From: a virus
Reading direction: 5' to 3' (one strand)
Virus record (IMG/VR): IMGVR_UViG_3300027659_000010
Length of the DNA stretch: 64,000 nucleotides
A model generated the notes under the pieces. The model saw only the letters and a program-made list of their open reading frames with translations, was not told the DNA's origin and did not search any database. The position numbers and the translations under genes are program-made. Shown piece by piece: positions 45,150-56,198 of this stretch (within the stretch, counting starts at the first letter, position 1; each line of letters opens with the position of its first letter).

Positions 45150-45510
45150 TGGTTTAGGTTACAAGGTATGTCCTACCCCGGACCGCTGTTTTTTAGGCAG
45201 CTAGGGCAAATCTGCTTTCATTAGCAGCACCGCGAACGGTGTTACCAGTGAAGCTCATTGCACTGAAGTCAAATGTATCTGCGTTTGCATTTACGTTTAT
45301 TTGCTTGATTAACGGTCATCGCCTACCGTGTTGCCGTCTCTATTATCTCACCCTGTCGAAACCATGGCTCGCCCAACTAAGCACACTCGGCACTAAAGCC
45401 TTGCTACCAGAATACTCGGTTCGGAGTATGCTTAGGTGGACGAGGCGGGAGTCGAACCCGCGTCCAGAATGCCTTCACTTTGAAGGGATTACAACAATTC
45501 CTTACATGAA
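45150..45510 (-). ncRNA. ssrA: two-piece (circularly permuted) tmRNA
   Basis: GGACGCGGGTTCGACTCCCGCCTCGTCCACC (ends 45435) precedes GGGCGAGCCATGGTTTCGAC (starts 45374); G3:U70; tag ORF 45288-45193 ends FALAA. Confidence 0.9.
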
Positions 45511-45570
45511 AACTTCAATCAATACAAATACAACAATAAGAATTGCTACAATGAATTGATAGGCTTTCAT
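45502..45570 (-). CDS. 22-aa hydrophobic peptide (MKAYQFIVAILIVVFVLIEVFM)
   Basis: hand-translated single TM helix directly after cspA. Confidence 0.45.
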   Translation of the reverse strand: MKAYQFIVAILIVVFVLIEVFM

Positions 45571-45572
45571 AT

Positions 45573-45776
45573 TTATGCAGGCTGAATGTTGCTGGCCTGC
45601 TGTCCTTTCTGACCCTGAGTTACTTCAAACCTTACACTCTGTCCTTCTTGTAGGCTCTTGAAGCCACTCGAATTAATCTGTGAAAAGTGAGCAAATAAGT
45701 CTGCGCCACCATCGTCCGGCGTAATAAAGCCAAAACCTTTGGCGTCGTTAAACCATTTTACTTTTCCTGTTACCAT
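45573..45776 (-). CDS. cspA: cold-shock protein
   Basis: GKVKWFN.AKGFGFI, LFAHFS. Confidence 0.95.
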   Translation of the reverse strand: MVTGKVKWFNDAKGFGFITPDDGGADLFAHFSQINSSGFKSLQEGQSVRFEVTQGQKGQQASNIQPA

Positions 45777-45819
45777 TTTACTTGATTTCCTTGTTGTTAA
45801 AAGACTCTGTCTCTGTATG

Positions 45820-46230
45820 TTATTTAATCCAACCTATGCGTTTTCCCGCAGCTATTCGCCGATCATATTCCTCGACCGAGCTAGGGAATCTCCAGGCCCA
45901 AACTGCCACGCACAACATAAACAGTGCTGTATATATTATACCACGAACAGGTATCGCAGTCAACCACATGATCGCCAAACTGGTTGACATCATGAACAGC
46001 ATAAAGTATTTCATTTTCTGAGGGAACACACGCCTAGTATTCCAATTATGTAGGAACGGTCCAAACAACCGGTGATTGTAGATCCAACGATGCATGCGCT
46101 CTGAACCTTTACTAAAACAATAGGCAGCAAACACCACAAATATACTGTATGGGATGCCCGGAGTGATAACTCCTATATAGGCCATGCCAAGACTTAGAAA
46201 ACCCAATGTGTTCCAAAATAATTTTTTCAT
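45820..46230 (-). CDS. YbaN/DUF454 membrane protein
   Basis: IGVITPGIP...[12 protein letters not shown]...H.LFGP. Confidence 0.85.
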   Translation of the reverse strand: MKKLFWNTLGFLSLGMAYIGVITPGIPYSIFVVFAAYCFSKGSERMHRWIYNHRLFGPFLHNWNTRRVFPQKMKYFMLFMMSTSLAIMWLTAIPVRGIIYTALFMLCVAVWAWRFPSSVEEYDRRIAAGKRIGWIK

Positions 46231-47198
46231 TAGGCAGCCACTACTCTGTTAGGTACTGCAGCCACTATGATGTCTTGATGCAGATTAGGAGTAAATTTTC
46301 CACCTGCAGCACCATTTAGTGTGGCTAGTTTATTAATGGGTTTCGAAACCCTCACAGATTGACCACCATAAGGTAAGTTTGGAATAGCATAACTGATATG
46401 TATCCACACAGTTTTGCTTGGTAGATATTCCAGCAGCAATTGATCATAAGGAATGTTTTTATTAATCCACTGTGCTATCTCGAAATAGTCATGTGCTCCT
46501 ACACCACGGAACTGCAGATCAGCTGCTTGACCTGTGCCGTGTTGTGCCTGACCCTTTCCTTCTCTATAAGTGTTGGTAATCAACATACTAGGATATTTGG
46601 CCTTTATGGGTTCTAGAATATTGAGAGCTAGGGCGGCCAAATTATTCACGATGTTTTGAGGCGGTAGTCCCTTGACATTGTCAGCTAACTGAGCTATAGT
46701 TCTGGGAAAGGTAACATTTTTTATCGCTTGTCCTAGGGTAAATCCCGACGGTGTTAATTTAGTAGCAAATGTAATGTCACCTGAAACAGCTGCGCTAGGT
46801 CTGTCTGCTGGTCTGTCTTTACTGGGCGCCACGCCTGGTCCTTTTGGAGTAGGTGTTGTGGTTAATGTTTTATGTTCTACAGCAGTGATGCGCCCTTCGG
46901 CGAGGAATCTATCAGCTTCTCTTTTACCTGCGGTGTTGTCTTCATCGCCTTCCACGTTTTTTACAGCAGCTACCACAGTCACCTTTGGCACTGCTGCAGA
47001 GGCGAATGTTCCTGGTGTTGTGGCTGCATTGTACAGCGCAATTTCCACACCATTGGCAAACACGTTGAACGGATTGTATAGAGGTTCCTGTCGGCTTAAG
47101 GTGCCTGCTGCGTGATTGTGCGGTACAAGATAGTGTCCACCAGCACTGCTCGATCCAGCGCCGGGAGTAGTCGATTGAGGTGTTGGAGTAGTTGCCAT
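46230..47198 (-). CDS. virion-associated peptidase M15-like protein
   Basis: ITNTYR...QHGTGQAADL...DQLLLE...WIHISY. Confidence 0.75.
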   Translation of the reverse strand: MATTPTPQSTTPGAGSSSAGGHYLVPHNHAAGTLSRQEPLYNPFNVFANGVEIALYNAATTPGTFASAAVPKVTVVAAVKNVEGDEDNTAGKREADRFLAEGRITAVEHKTLTTTPTPKGPGVAPSKDRPADRPSAAVSGDITFATKLTPSGFTLGQAIKNVTFPRTIAQLADNVKGLPPQNIVNNLAALALNILEPIKAKYPSMLITNTYREGKGQAQHGTGQAADLQFRGVGAHDYFEIAQWINKNIPYDQLLLEYLPSKTVWIHISYAIPNLPYGGQSVRVSKPINKLATLNGAAGGKFTPNLHQDIIVAAVPNRVVAA

Positions 47199-47201
47199 TT
47201 A

Positions 47202-47825
47202 CTAAAATTCCTTTGGAAGGGCATCAATTTTAGCTTTAAATGCTATAAGTCCTGCAAGAGTAATGTTTTCAGGCCCTACATTTTCAACGTACAATTTATA
47301 AGTCGAAACTAGTCCTACCCAATCCAACGGTCCTTTCATATGTATGCCGGCGCCCTTGGATCGATCATAAATTCCTGCAAGGGATACTGCAGAATTTTCC
47401 GACGCCTGAGCAATATCCGATAATATTGCTCCGATGGTGGTTGACCCAGGAGTTACAGCAGCCGTCATCGATTCAGTTGCTCTTGCGGTATCTTCAGATG
47501 CTTGAGCAATATCCGATAATATTGCTCCGATGGTGGTTGACCCAGGAGTTATAGCAGCATACATCGATGATAGTATTGAATTTTGAATAGATGACTGAGT
47601 CGCTAGATCGGTTAATTTATCAGACACATTATCTATTTTATCAGCTATAAATGCCATACTCAATGACACCTGTTCCAACGCTGTTACAATTCTAATTAAA
47701 TGAGGACTATAATCATAAGCAATTGCATTATTAGCAGTTGCTCCTGTACCTGCAGAAGAGGTAGTGAGCACTGCTGCTGCTGGGGCAGTTGGTGTTGTAG
47801 GTAATAATGAACTGTCGTTGGCCAT
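47202..47825 (-). CDS. hypothetical structural protein with internal duplication
   Basis: 49-bp exact repeat at 47407 and 47503 (96-bp period). Confidence 0.7.
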   Translation of the reverse strand: MANDSSLLPTTPTAPAAAVLTTSSAGTGATANNAIAYDYSPHLIRIVTALEQVSLSMAFIADKIDNVSDKLTDLATQSSIQNSILSSMYAAITPGSTTIGAILSDIAQASEDTARATESMTAAVTPGSTTIGAILSDIAQASENSAVSLAGIYDRSKGAGIHMKGPLDWVGLVSTYKLYVENVGPENITLAGLIAFKAKIDALPKEF

Positions 47826-47846
47826 AGTACTTTCCTAAACTAGTAT

Positions 47847-48140
47847 TTAAGCCAGTGCAATCCCTGTGGTCTGTTGTATAAACTGATCTGCAAATGATTT
47901 ATCTGTGGCTTCTGCCACAGCTACTACAGCTTTGGCTAATCTAATTTCTTTGTTGGGATCTACTGTGAATAAGTAGGGCATTAACGCTGGTCCTTTTGGA
48001 CTCATAGCTATGACCATAGGATGCGCTAATTTGTAGTGCATGACTTGATCTTCCGCTAGTTTTGCTACTAGTTCTTCACCGCTAGTGAGTTTTAACGTAA
48101 CTACTTCTCCTACTGCAACACCTTTGTCTATTAACATCAT
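47847..48140 (-). CDS. hypothetical protein (Sm-like fold typical of T4-like phages)
   Basis: VTLKLTSGEELVAK...TTGI. Confidence 0.65.
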   Translation of the reverse strand: MMLIDKGVAVGEVVTLKLTSGEELVAKLAEDQVMHYKLAHPMVIAMSPKGPALMPYLFTVDPNKEIRLAKAVVAVAEATDKSFADQFIQQTTGIALA

Positions 48141-48391
48141 AATTTTCCCTTGCCGAATCCACCGGCTGTTTGTTCTATGTGGTCACGTAGTTCTGTGAAA
48201 CCACCTATAAGTGTGTTATTGATAAAGATCTGTGGAACTGTTCTTGCATTTGGTACAGCCTCCAATAGTTCTTCTTTGGTATATCCATCACCGATCTTGC
48301 GTTCTTCAAACTCTATGCCTCTTTGCGTGAGCAGTGCCTTGGCCTGATCACAGTAGGGACAATTATATTTGCTCCATACAACAGCTTTCAT
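48137..48391 (-). CDS. glutaredoxin
   Basis: CPYC, RTVPQIF, IGGF. Confidence 0.95.
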   Translation of the reverse strand: MKAVVWSKYNCPYCDQAKALLTQRGIEFEERKIGDGYTKEELLEAVPNARTVPQIFINNTLIGGFTELRDHIEQTAGGFGKGKL

Positions 48392-48411
48392 TTTATTTTC
48401 CTTTTGATAAT

Positions 48412-48981
48412 TTATCTTTCAAGCAAGTGTTGATAATCATTTACCATTTTATCCCAAGTAGTTAAATGCACGGGAGATCTTGCACTTATAGTCCATCGAT
48501 AAGAAAATCTATTAATCATTGCATGGGGATGATCAACACGTATGAGTATTAATTGATTTTTCTCCATAACACATCTATCTATTTCTTGTAGTTGACTTAT
48601 AGGCCAAGACAAGTAACTCTCCCCATCCGAATTAATAGGCATAAATGCGCCAGACTGTTGTGGTTTATCGTACCAAATCATTTCGCCGGCTTCACCACTT
48701 ATAACCCAATTAAATCCGCAGTTCACAATTTCAGCAGGGTTACCTGCAAGATCTATATGTGCAAAATCATCAACGATACATGGTCGTCTATAAAAAAGTA
48801 TTCCTATTGCTATAGGAATACCTATAGTCTCCATGGTCTCTAACCATTCTTTACTGAAAATATTTTCTCTTTCGATAGGCCAAACTTGTCTGTCGTCTAT
48901 ATCATTTGGAGTGGGAAATTTCCAATCGTTTAATATTGCCTTTGAAACATCTATGTTAAGTCGATACCAGCATTTTTTCAT
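48412..48981 (-). CDS. hypothetical cupin/2OG-oxygenase-like protein
   Basis: HID...NWVI...PHA...RWTISAR. Confidence 0.5.
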   Translation of the reverse strand: MKKCWYRLNIDVSKAILNDWKFPTPNDIDDRQVWPIERENIFSKEWLETMETIGIPIAIGILFYRRPCIVDDFAHIDLAGNPAEIVNCGFNWVISGEAGEMIWYDKPQQSGAFMPINSDGESYLSWPISQLQEIDRCVMEKNQLILIRVDHPHAMINRFSYRWTISARSPVHLTTWDKMVNDYQHLLER

Positions 48982-48982
48982 G

Positions 48983-50494
48983 TTACATATTCAACTTACT
49001 ACGTTTGTAATTCTCAATCATTTCGTAATTAAGATTGAGCTTTGGCGAACCTTTTTTGTAGTCGTAAGATAATAGCTCACGTATTGACTTATCAGGAGCC
49101 GTGTAAAAAAACTTTTGAATAGGATACCTAATATCGTTTTGAGGAAATTTATAATACATCAATTCTACCCATTCTGCCATTCTTCCCCAATTTGTGTGTT
49201 TGTTTTTCCATATTACATTATCCGGGCGGAATCCAGTTATGTGATTATAATTGTCATACACTTCAAGACTTTTTAGATACTCTTTTTGCTCTTCTTGAGT
49301 AGCAGGTTCATAACCGTATTTGGCATAGTCCATGGTCATCTTTGAATTTTGGTTTAAATGGTCAAAGGCATTTTTCTTTGGGATATCAAGTACATTTGCT
49401 ACCACATTCTCTCCCTGCCAATTGTCAAGACACCATTGAAAATTAGCTTCTACATCTGCCTCGGTATCATGAGGAAGCCCTGCAATCAAAGTGATTGTGG
49501 CTCTGTATAACCCATCATTTTGTTTGTGAAAATAATTTTTTGCATCTATCAACCCTTGTTGTAATATTTCCGGATTCATTCCTTTACCAATGACCTTTCC
49601 CGATTCGTGGTTAAAAGTTTCAATGCCGTACAGATGAGAGACAACCTGCATTCTTATCAGTTCATCCCATTCCTTTTGACCACGTTTTACTAACAGGTCA
49701 GGACGAATAAACGCCCAGAAAAAAGGTTGGAAGTCCAGCTGTTGTACAACGTCAGCAAATTTTGTAATTTTTTCAGTGCGGTCGTTGAATGTTTCGTCGC
49801 TGATCATATATCTGGTGATACCGAATCGATCATAAGCATCTTTGATCTGTCTTTCAAAACTGTCAGTATCTCTAGTCCAATCTCCCTTGACTCCGATCAT
49901 TGGATGATTACAGTAGTCGCAGACAAACTTACAACCCCTGCTGAATTCTATTGAAATCCATTCATATGATTGAAGGAAATCTCGATCCTCATATATAATA
50001 ACAGGATCTCTCCAAGGAGCAGCATCCCATCCGCCTTGTGCAACTTTTCTACCTTTTACAGTTGTAAACTCTACGGCGTCGCCGGCATTAAACAAATACT
50101 TTAATAGTTTTATAAAGATTGTTTCTGCGTACCCAGTTATTTGATAGTCAATATGCTTTGTGTTGATTTCTGCAAAAGTTTGAGATCCGTAGATGATTAG
50201 AATATTCGGATAGTTTTCTTTTAGCCAGGCAGCAGTTTGTTCAGCTAACTCAGGCCATTGCAGGAATAACGATCCGAACCCTATGAACTTGTAATCACTA
50301 TCAAGTCTAGTTATCAGTAACTGTTTTATTTCTTCAAACGTCCAGAAACGGAAAAAATCTATTACTTCTACATCCCATCCATGCTTACGTATTTCTGTAG
50401 CTATTCGATGACCACCACCTGATCTACCTGCCTCATCTTCTCTGGCAATAAGAAATAACAGAGCTTTATACTTACTTTTTTCAATAATTTTCAT
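48983..50494 (-). CDS. B12-binding-domain radical SAM protein (paralog of 10540..11997)
   Basis: RGCKFVCDYC, DETFNDRTEKITKFADV shared with paralog. Confidence 0.85.
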   Translation of the reverse strand: MKIIEKSKYKALLFLIAREDEAGRSGGGHRIATEIRKHGWDVEVIDFFRFWTFEEIKQLLITRLDSDYKFIGFGSLFLQWPELAEQTAAWLKENYPNILIIYGSQTFAEINTKHIDYQITGYAETIFIKLLKYLFNAGDAVEFTTVKGRKVAQGGWDAAPWRDPVIIYEDRDFLQSYEWISIEFSRGCKFVCDYCNHPMIGVKGDWTRDTDSFERQIKDAYDRFGITRYMISDETFNDRTEKITKFADVVQQLDFQPFFWAFIRPDLLVKRGQKEWDELIRMQVVSHLYGIETFNHESGKVIGKGMNPEILQQGLIDAKNYFHKQNDGLYRATITLIAGLPHDTEADVEANFQWCLDNWQGENVVANVLDIPKKNAFDHLNQNSKMTMDYAKYGYEPATQEEQKEYLKSLEVYDNYNHITGFRPDNVIWKNKHTNWGRMAEWVELMYYKFPQNDIRYPIQKFFYTAPDKSIRELLSYDYKKGSPKLNLNYEMIENYKRSKLNM

Positions 50495-50504
50495 GGTCCA
50501 TTAT

Positions 50505-50672
50505 TTAATTTGAATATATCACAGCACCTTTTTTGTCAGTGACTCTAACCAATAACATGCCTTTGTTTTTATAGCTCAAGGCTGCGGATATGGCTGCTTG
50601 TTCGCTGCCGTAACTGCCAATCGTGGTCCATGACTCATATGGGTTTGTTCTTTTGAATTGTGCTTTGTACAT
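50505..50672 (-). CDS. small hypothetical protein (55 aa, MYKAQFKRTNPYESW...)
   Basis: hand-translated ORF after nrdB. Confidence 0.6.
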   Translation of the reverse strand: MYKAQFKRTNPYESWTTIGSYGSEQAAISAALSYKNKGMLLVRVTDKKGAVIYSN

Positions 50673-50678
50673 GATTTA

Positions 50679-51779
50679 TTATATAGCCGGAAGAGCATCA
50701 TAGTCAAGATTTTCACCCATGACGCCTATCACATAGTTGGTGCTTTCGGTTTCTTGCAGAGCACTCTGTTTCTTCGAAGTGTCCGTGTGCTTATTGAACC
50801 AAGGAATTGGAGTTGATCTCGGAGCAGTGGCCTGATACTTGATACCTATGTCTTTGAGCGCACCTACAGCAGTATAGTCTACGAAATCTTTGAGTATGGC
50901 TGCATTGAGTCCAATCACGGGACCCAGTTTAAACAGATAGTCAGCCCAGGCCTTTTCTTCAGAGATGACATCCAGATACAGCTGATATACTTCTGCTTCA
51001 CATTCTAGTTTGGCTGCCGCAAATCTCGGATCTTCCTTGACTACCTGATTGATCAACCATGCAGTCCAACCTTTGTGTAGCAGTTCGTCTTGTAGGATTA
51101 GGCTGATAATATTGCCATTGCCAATGAAGATGCGATTCTCTACCATGGCCAATGATGTGGCAAAACTTACCATAAAGCGGAATGCTTCTAGAGCATATGA
51201 AGCATGCAGGGCCATGTATATGGCTCTGACATGATCTTTTTCAGAGATTGCCTCACCTATCTCTTTTCTACAGTTGATTTCATGTAGTTGATCATAGTAT
51301 CGACCCACGCTGGCAGCCATGTCTACGATCTCTTTGGTATCGTGGATTGTATTGAACACATCCTTGGGCACGTTGTAGATGTTGCGAATGATATGGCTGT
51401 ATGAACGACTGTGTATGTTGGTTTCAAAGAATGTCCAATTGTAGATCAGTGCTTCCAGTTCTGGTAGGCTGATCACAGGCATAAACACCTGGCTGGGAGC
51501 TCGGCCTTGCAGACTGTCTAGAGCTGTTTGACGCAGAAGGTTTGAAGTGAATATGTGCTTGACCGCGGCACTGGCATCTTTGAAATCGTTGGCATCCTTT
51601 GTGAGATTGATTTCTTCTGGCACCCAAAAGAATCCTCGAGCTGTTTTTTCGTAGTCAACTATCTTGTTGTATTTGACTTCTTCGAATCGCTGTATGGTTA
51701 CCGGACCGGCTGGGTCAAGAAACATCTTACGATTCACATAATCAGTTTTGTTGGTTAGATTGTATTGTCTTTTGCTCAT
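50679..51779 (-). CDS. nrdB: ribonucleotide reductase class Ia beta subunit
   Basis: FFW.PEE, LDSLQ, IHSRSY, LEAFRF, DELLH, QETE..NY. Confidence 0.95.
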   Translation of the reverse strand: MSKRQYNLTNKTDYVNRKMFLDPAGPVTIQRFEEVKYNKIVDYEKTARGFFWVPEEINLTKDANDFKDASAAVKHIFTSNLLRQTALDSLQGRAPSQVFMPVISLPELEALIYNWTFFETNIHSRSYSHIIRNIYNVPKDVFNTIHDTKEIVDMAASVGRYYDQLHEINCRKEIGEAISEKDHVRAIYMALHASYALEAFRFMVSFATSLAMVENRIFIGNGNIISLILQDELLHKGWTAWLINQVVKEDPRFAAAKLECEAEVYQLYLDVISEEKAWADYLFKLGPVIGLNAAILKDFVDYTAVGALKDIGIKYQATAPRSTPIPWFNKHTDTSKKQSALQETESTNYVIGVMGENLDYDALPAI

Positions 51780-51815
51780 TTGTATTTTCCTCGTTTGTAC
51801 GCATCTACTAATATA

Positions 51816-52367
51816 TCACAACAGGTTTCTAGCATTAATAAAATCCCAATTAATAATTTTCCATTGATTTTCTAGATATTTTGATTTGTCTGATTGATAG
51901 TCTAAGGCCCATGCATGTTCCCACCAATCTATCAATACCACTATGTCATTCTTGATCTCATGATTGACAATGGTTTTTATCTTGCCGTCCTTGGCCAAGT
52001 AGGCCCACCCACTGCCTTGTATGCTCATGGCCGTTTTCTCAAACTGTTGCTTGAACTGATCAAAGGTTTTATAGTGTTCTTCAATGAAACTCAGTATAGG
52101 TCCTGTCGGCGTGTTGTTTCTACCGGGTGCTTGATATTGTTGGAACAGAGTATTGTGCAGGAATGCGCCAGCTTCATTGAACTCAGCATCACCTTCATTG
52201 CTGTTATAGCGTTTGGCATAGCCCTGTGCCAGTTCGCCGTAGTGATAGTTGATGGTATCTTCGCTGATGCTGGGAGCCAGTTCATCACGCTCATAAGGCA
52301 ATGGCAGTATTTCTAATCGATGCGGCCTACCTTCGTTGAGCACGTTGCGTATGAAACTATAGGGCAT
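51816..52367 (-). CDS. Fe/Mn superoxide dismutase
   Basis: LPY..L.P.IS, LHN, QGSGW, DWWEHAW. Confidence 0.9.
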   Translation of the reverse strand: MPYSFIRNVLNEGRPHRLEILPLPYERDELAPSISEDTINYHYGELAQGYAKRYNSNEGDAEFNEAGAFLHNTLFQQYQAPGRNNTPTGPILSFIEEHYKTFDQFKQQFEKTAMSIQGSGWAYLAKDGKIKTIVNHEIKNDIVVLIDWWEHAWALDYQSDKSKYLENQWKIINWDFINARNLL

Positions 52368-52372
52368 CGTGT

Positions 52373-52702
52373 CTATACTCTAAAACTTTCGCCACACCCA
52401 CAGCGATCTCGTTCGTTGGGATTGACAAAATCAAATCCTTCGTTGAGTCCTTTCTTGGTCCAATCCATTTCTATACCTTCTAGATAAACCAAACTCTTGG
52501 GATCTACAAACACATGCACCCCATGACTGACAAAACCAACATCATCTGTGCGAGGACCGTGCGGTGCGTCTACATATTCCAGCACATAGGCCAAGCCACT
52601 ACAGCCTGTGGTTTTAACTCCAACACGGATGCCAATCCCTGTGGGTCTTTGAGCCAGTTGTGTTTTAACCTTGTCAGCAGCGGTTTCAGTAAGAGAGATC
52701 AT
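52373..52702 (-). CDS. iscA: Fe-S assembly protein IscA
   Basis: GCSGLAY, CGCGESF. Confidence 0.92.
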   Translation of the reverse strand: MISLTETAADKVKTQLAQRPTGIGIRVGVKTTGCSGLAYVLEYVDAPHGPRTDDVGFVSHGVHVFVDPKSLVYLEGIEMDWTKKGLNEGFDFVNPNERDRCGCGESFRV

Positions 52703-53072
52703 GTTTCTTTTTATAGTCCTCTACTGCGGCTTTGATAGCATCTTCTGCAAGTATGCTACAATGTATTTTAACCGGTGGTAGGGCAAGTTCTTCAGCAATT
52801 GTGCTATTAGTAATCGTTCGTGCCTGGTCAAGCGTTTTTCCCTTGACCCATTCTGTGACGAGGCTTGAGCTGGCGATTGCTGATCCACACCCGTATGTTT
52901 TGAATTTTGCATCTGTAATAATCCCATCTGTTACTTTGATCTGTAGTTTCATTACATCCCCGCAGGCAGGAGCACCCACCATGCCAGTGCCCACATCTGT
53001 ATCAGCTTTATCGAAACTACCTACGTTACGTGGGTTTTCATAATGATCAATTACTTTGTCGCTGTATGCCAT
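52686..53072 (-). CDS. iscU: Fe-S scaffold IscU
   Basis: [31 protein letters not shown]. Confidence 0.97.
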   Translation of the reverse strand: MAYSDKVIDHYENPRNVGSFDKADTDVGTGMVGAPACGDVMKLQIKVTDGIITDAKFKTYGCGSAIASSSLVTEWVKGKTLDQARTITNSTIAEELALPPVKIHCSILAEDAIKAAVEDYKKKHDLSY

Positions 53073-53081
53073 ATTGTATCC

Positions 53082-53405
53082 TTATACGCTAAAACTGCTG
53101 CCACATCCACAAGTGCTTTGAGCATTGGGATTAGTGATTACAAATTGGCTGCCTGAAATATCCTCTTTATAGTCTATACTAGCACCTTGTAGATACTGCA
53201 TGCTCATTGAGTCCACCAATACCTTGAACTTTTCTAATGGTATTTCAAAGTCATCTTCGTTGGTTATTTCGTCGAATGTGAAGCCGTAGCTGAATCCGCT
53301 ACAGCCACCTCCCTGCACAAAGGTTCTCAGTGCAAGATTGGGATTGCCTTCTTCTAAAAGCAGATCCAAGATTTTGATCTTGGCTGATTCGGTTATGGTC
53401 ATCAT
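53082..53405 (-). CDS. erpA: Fe-S insertion protein ErpA
   Basis: [27 protein letters not shown]. Confidence 0.9.
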   Translation of the reverse strand: MMTITESAKIKILDLLLEEGNPNLALRTFVQGGGCSGFSYGFTFDEITNEDDFEIPLEKFKVLVDSMSMQYLQGASIDYKEDISGSQFVITNPNAQSTCGCGSSFSV

Positions 53406-55744
53406 AGTTTGCATGCTTCGCAGTCCTCTTCTTCGATGCTGGTTTCAACCTCACGTTCGTTGTAGAAACCATTGTAATGTACTTCTGGTGTGGCTTCTGC
53501 CACTGCCTTAGAACCTGCTTTGTTGATCAAGCTGTAGTAAAAGGTCTTGAGTCCCCATACATGCGCCTGCATGAGGTTCTTAGCGATCAGCGTTGTAGGC
53601 ACCTTGCGGTCTGGAAAGTGTGCAGGATTGTAGAATGTGTTGGTAGATATTGATTGATCAACATACGCAGCTAAAACTGCGGCAGTTTTAAGATATCCAT
53701 CACAGTCTCGTTGATCCCACATTAGTTGATACTTATTTTTTAATCTATTGTATTCTGGTACTACCTGAGTCAATGATCCTGCTTTAGATTCTTTGGTAGA
53801 TATCAAGCTCATAGGCATTTCTATCCCATTAGTTGAATTTATAACCACTGAGCTTGACTCTACCGGAGCAATGGCCATCAATGTGGCGTTTCTCACGCCG
53901 TGTAGTTTCATTTCTTGTCTGAGATTCTCCCAGTCAAGTTCTGGAGCAAAGTTGGTGAGGTCGTTAACTCCTTGGGCTCTTCTTTCCCAGGGGAATTCAC
54001 CTTTGCCGTATCTGGTTCTGTCTGAATCTTTGCATCTGCCTCTTTCTTTGGCCAGTTCAACGGTGGATTCTGTAAGGTAAAAGGCTTGATGCTCCATCCA
54101 AACTTTAACTTCTGCCAATGCGTCGTTGTCGCCATATCTGTAGCTCCTTTTTGCATGCCAATAGGCAAGATTAGTGACGCCTATACCCAGGGGTTGGAGT
54201 TCATCATTACTGAGTTTGCTTTGTATACTCAGGAAGTCTTGATAATCCAATATGTTACATAGGCTTCTTTGTAGAATGCGACAGGCTCTACGCATGTCTT
54301 CTGGGTTACGGAACGCACCCCAGTTAATGGATCCCAGTGTGCATAACGCTATGCGTCCCTGCTCGTCGTCAAGTCTTTTAAATGAACGAGTTGGCAATAA
54401 GATCTCACAGCACAGGTTACTTTGATAAATGGTATGATACTCTGGATCAAACGGTCCTTGATTCATAACATTATCAATAAACACCAAATAGATGCGACCC
54501 GTGTCTGTACGCTCCTTCAAAATGCCAGACTTGAATACTTCTTCAGCTGACATTGTTTTTTTGCGTAGGTCTTTACGCTTTTCATATTTCAAATACAGTT
54601 GTTCAAACAACTCTGTGTTTCTGTAAAATGCTTCATACAAGTCTGGTACTTCGTTGGGATCAAAGAAAGTTATGTTTTCTCGGTTCTTGAATCGTCTCCA
54701 GAAGAAAGCACTAAGCACAACCCCATAATCCATATGACGGACTCGGGTTTCTTCTGTTCCTTGGTTGTTCTTAAGCACAATAAGATCATCAAACTGAAGA
54801 TGCCAAATAGGATAGAATACAGTAGCACTAGCATTACGAATACCTCCTTGACTGCAACTACGAAGATCGCCAAACCATTTCTTTAAGAATGGGATCATAC
54901 CAGTGTGCATGATCTCTCCACCTCTAATGGGACTACCTAATGATCTAAGACGACCGATCTCTAAACCAATGCCGGCACGTTTGCTGGCATACTTGGCCAT
55001 CATCTCACCAGAAGCAAATATGCTATCCAGATCGTCGTCACTGCGGATAAGCACACAACTAGAAAACTGTTTAGTTTGAGTGCCAAGGCCAGCCAGCACA
55101 GGTGTAGCAAGAGTAAATAGGCCATCGCTCGCACAGTTGTAGTACTCTTTGATGTAACGCATACGGGACGATTGAGGTTCTTCCTTATGAAAGACCGTAG
55201 CGGCCGCGACCATATATCTAACCTGTGGCGTCTCATAGATCTCTTTCGTAGCGCGATTGCGTACAAGATACTTCTCAATAAGTTGTTCAATGGCTGCATA
55301 TGAGTACTGTTCATCCTTTTCGTGATCAATGAAATCATTCATGCGATTCCATTCTTCTTCTGAATACCACTCCAAGAGTTCAGCGGTGTAAAGGCCCACT
55401 GAAACATTTTTCTTTATGATGTCATAGAGATGGGGAGGTTCGTATTGGCCATATACATCCTTGCGCAGCATGCTGAGTCTCTGCTTGCCTGCCACATATT
55501 GGTAGTTGACATGTCCTACATCTGGATTATGTTCTATGTCTATGAGATTAACTATAGCTCTAAGAGTGGTACCGTCAATTTCTTCTGTGGTGATGCCATC
55601 ATAGAAATGCGGTTGTGCTTTGATTTCTATCATTGATTGACTTACGTCTGCTATGCCTTTACAGACTTTGGCAACCTGCGCCTGCCATTTTTCTACTGCT
55701 AATGGTTCTTTACTACCGTTTCTTTTAATAACCGTGATGCTCAT
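53402..55744 (-). CDS. nrdA: ribonucleotide reductase class Ia alpha subunit
   Basis: ATP cone, QFSSC, SNLCCEI, C-terminal CEACKL. Confidence 0.97.
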   Translation of the reverse strand: MSITVIKRNGSKEPLAVEKWQAQVAKVCKGIADVSQSMIEIKAQPHFYDGITTEEIDGTTLRAIVNLIDIEHNPDVGHVNYQYVAGKQRLSMLRKDVYGQYEPPHLYDIIKKNVSVGLYTAELLEWYSEEEWNRMNDFIDHEKDEQYSYAAIEQLIEKYLVRNRATKEIYETPQVRYMVAAATVFHKEEPQSSRMRYIKEYYNCASDGLFTLATPVLAGLGTQTKQFSSCVLIRSDDDLDSIFASGEMMAKYASKRAGIGLEIGRLRSLGSPIRGGEIMHTGMIPFLKKWFGDLRSCSQGGIRNASATVFYPIWHLQFDDLIVLKNNQGTEETRVRHMDYGVVLSAFFWRRFKNRENITFFDPNEVPDLYEAFYRNTELFEQLYLKYEKRKDLRKKTMSAEEVFKSGILKERTDTGRIYLVFIDNVMNQGPFDPEYHTIYQSNLCCEILLPTRSFKRLDDEQGRIALCTLGSINWGAFRNPEDMRRACRILQRSLCNILDYQDFLSIQSKLSNDELQPLGIGVTNLAYWHAKRSYRYGDNDALAEVKVWMEHQAFYLTESTVELAKERGRCKDSDRTRYGKGEFPWERRAQGVNDLTNFAPELDWENLRQEMKLHGVRNATLMAIAPVESSSVVINSTNGIEMPMSLISTKESKAGSLTQVVPEYNRLKNKYQLMWDQRDCDGYLKTAAVLAAYVDQSISTNTFYNPAHFPDRKVPTTLIAKNLMQAHVWGLKTFYYSLINKAGSKAVAEATPEVHYNGFYNEREVETSIEEEDCEACKL

Positions 55745-55784
55745 ATTCTGTCTCTATTAGTATTTTATGTATTTATTACTGAGG

Positions 55785-56198
55785 TTACTGCTGCCATATC
55801 ATGCTGGCATCAAGGTGTTTGATTTCTTTAATGTCACTGACTGTTCTGCAGGCATGATTCAACACATGCGAGTCATCCACTATCAATATGTATTCTGCTT
55901 CGCTTTTTCCTGGGATCATTAACTTATGTATCTCGCATTTGATTTTGATAAACCGCTGTGTTAATTTAATAGTGTACAACATTCCCAGAGCGATTGCAAG
56001 ATCGTCCAGTCGAAGATCTAGAATCAATTGCCAGGGATCAGGCCATTGTTGGGGTGAGTAGGGATCGAGATACGCACTTACAAACGGAGCATGGCTCCAA
56101 AGTTCAGCAACATCTTCCAGCGGGTGATCACTGGTTTCTAGTGTGTCTCTGAACTGTTTCCAAGCTGCGATTCGATCTGTGCCGTACCGGTCAAACAC
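55785..56198 (-). CDS. hypothetical protein
   Basis: WPDPWQLI motif; GTG start. Confidence 0.7.
   Translation of the reverse strand: MFDRYGTDRIAAWKQFRDTLETSDHPLEDVAELWSHAPFVSAYLDPYSPQQWPDPWQLILDLRLDDLAIALGMLYTIKLTQRFIKIKCEIHKLMIPGKSEAEYILIVDDSHVLNHACRTVSDIKEIKHLDASMIWQQ

Noticed and set aside
33853-55744. Bacterial chromosome origin (dnaK, isc, sod, cspA, rpsU)
   Set aside because: Host-like genes lack their usual operon partners (dnaJ/grpE, iscS/hscAB) and are interspersed with virion genes and phage late motifs.
50679-55744. Introns or inteins in nrdA/nrdB
   Set aside because: Both ORFs are continuous and of normal length.
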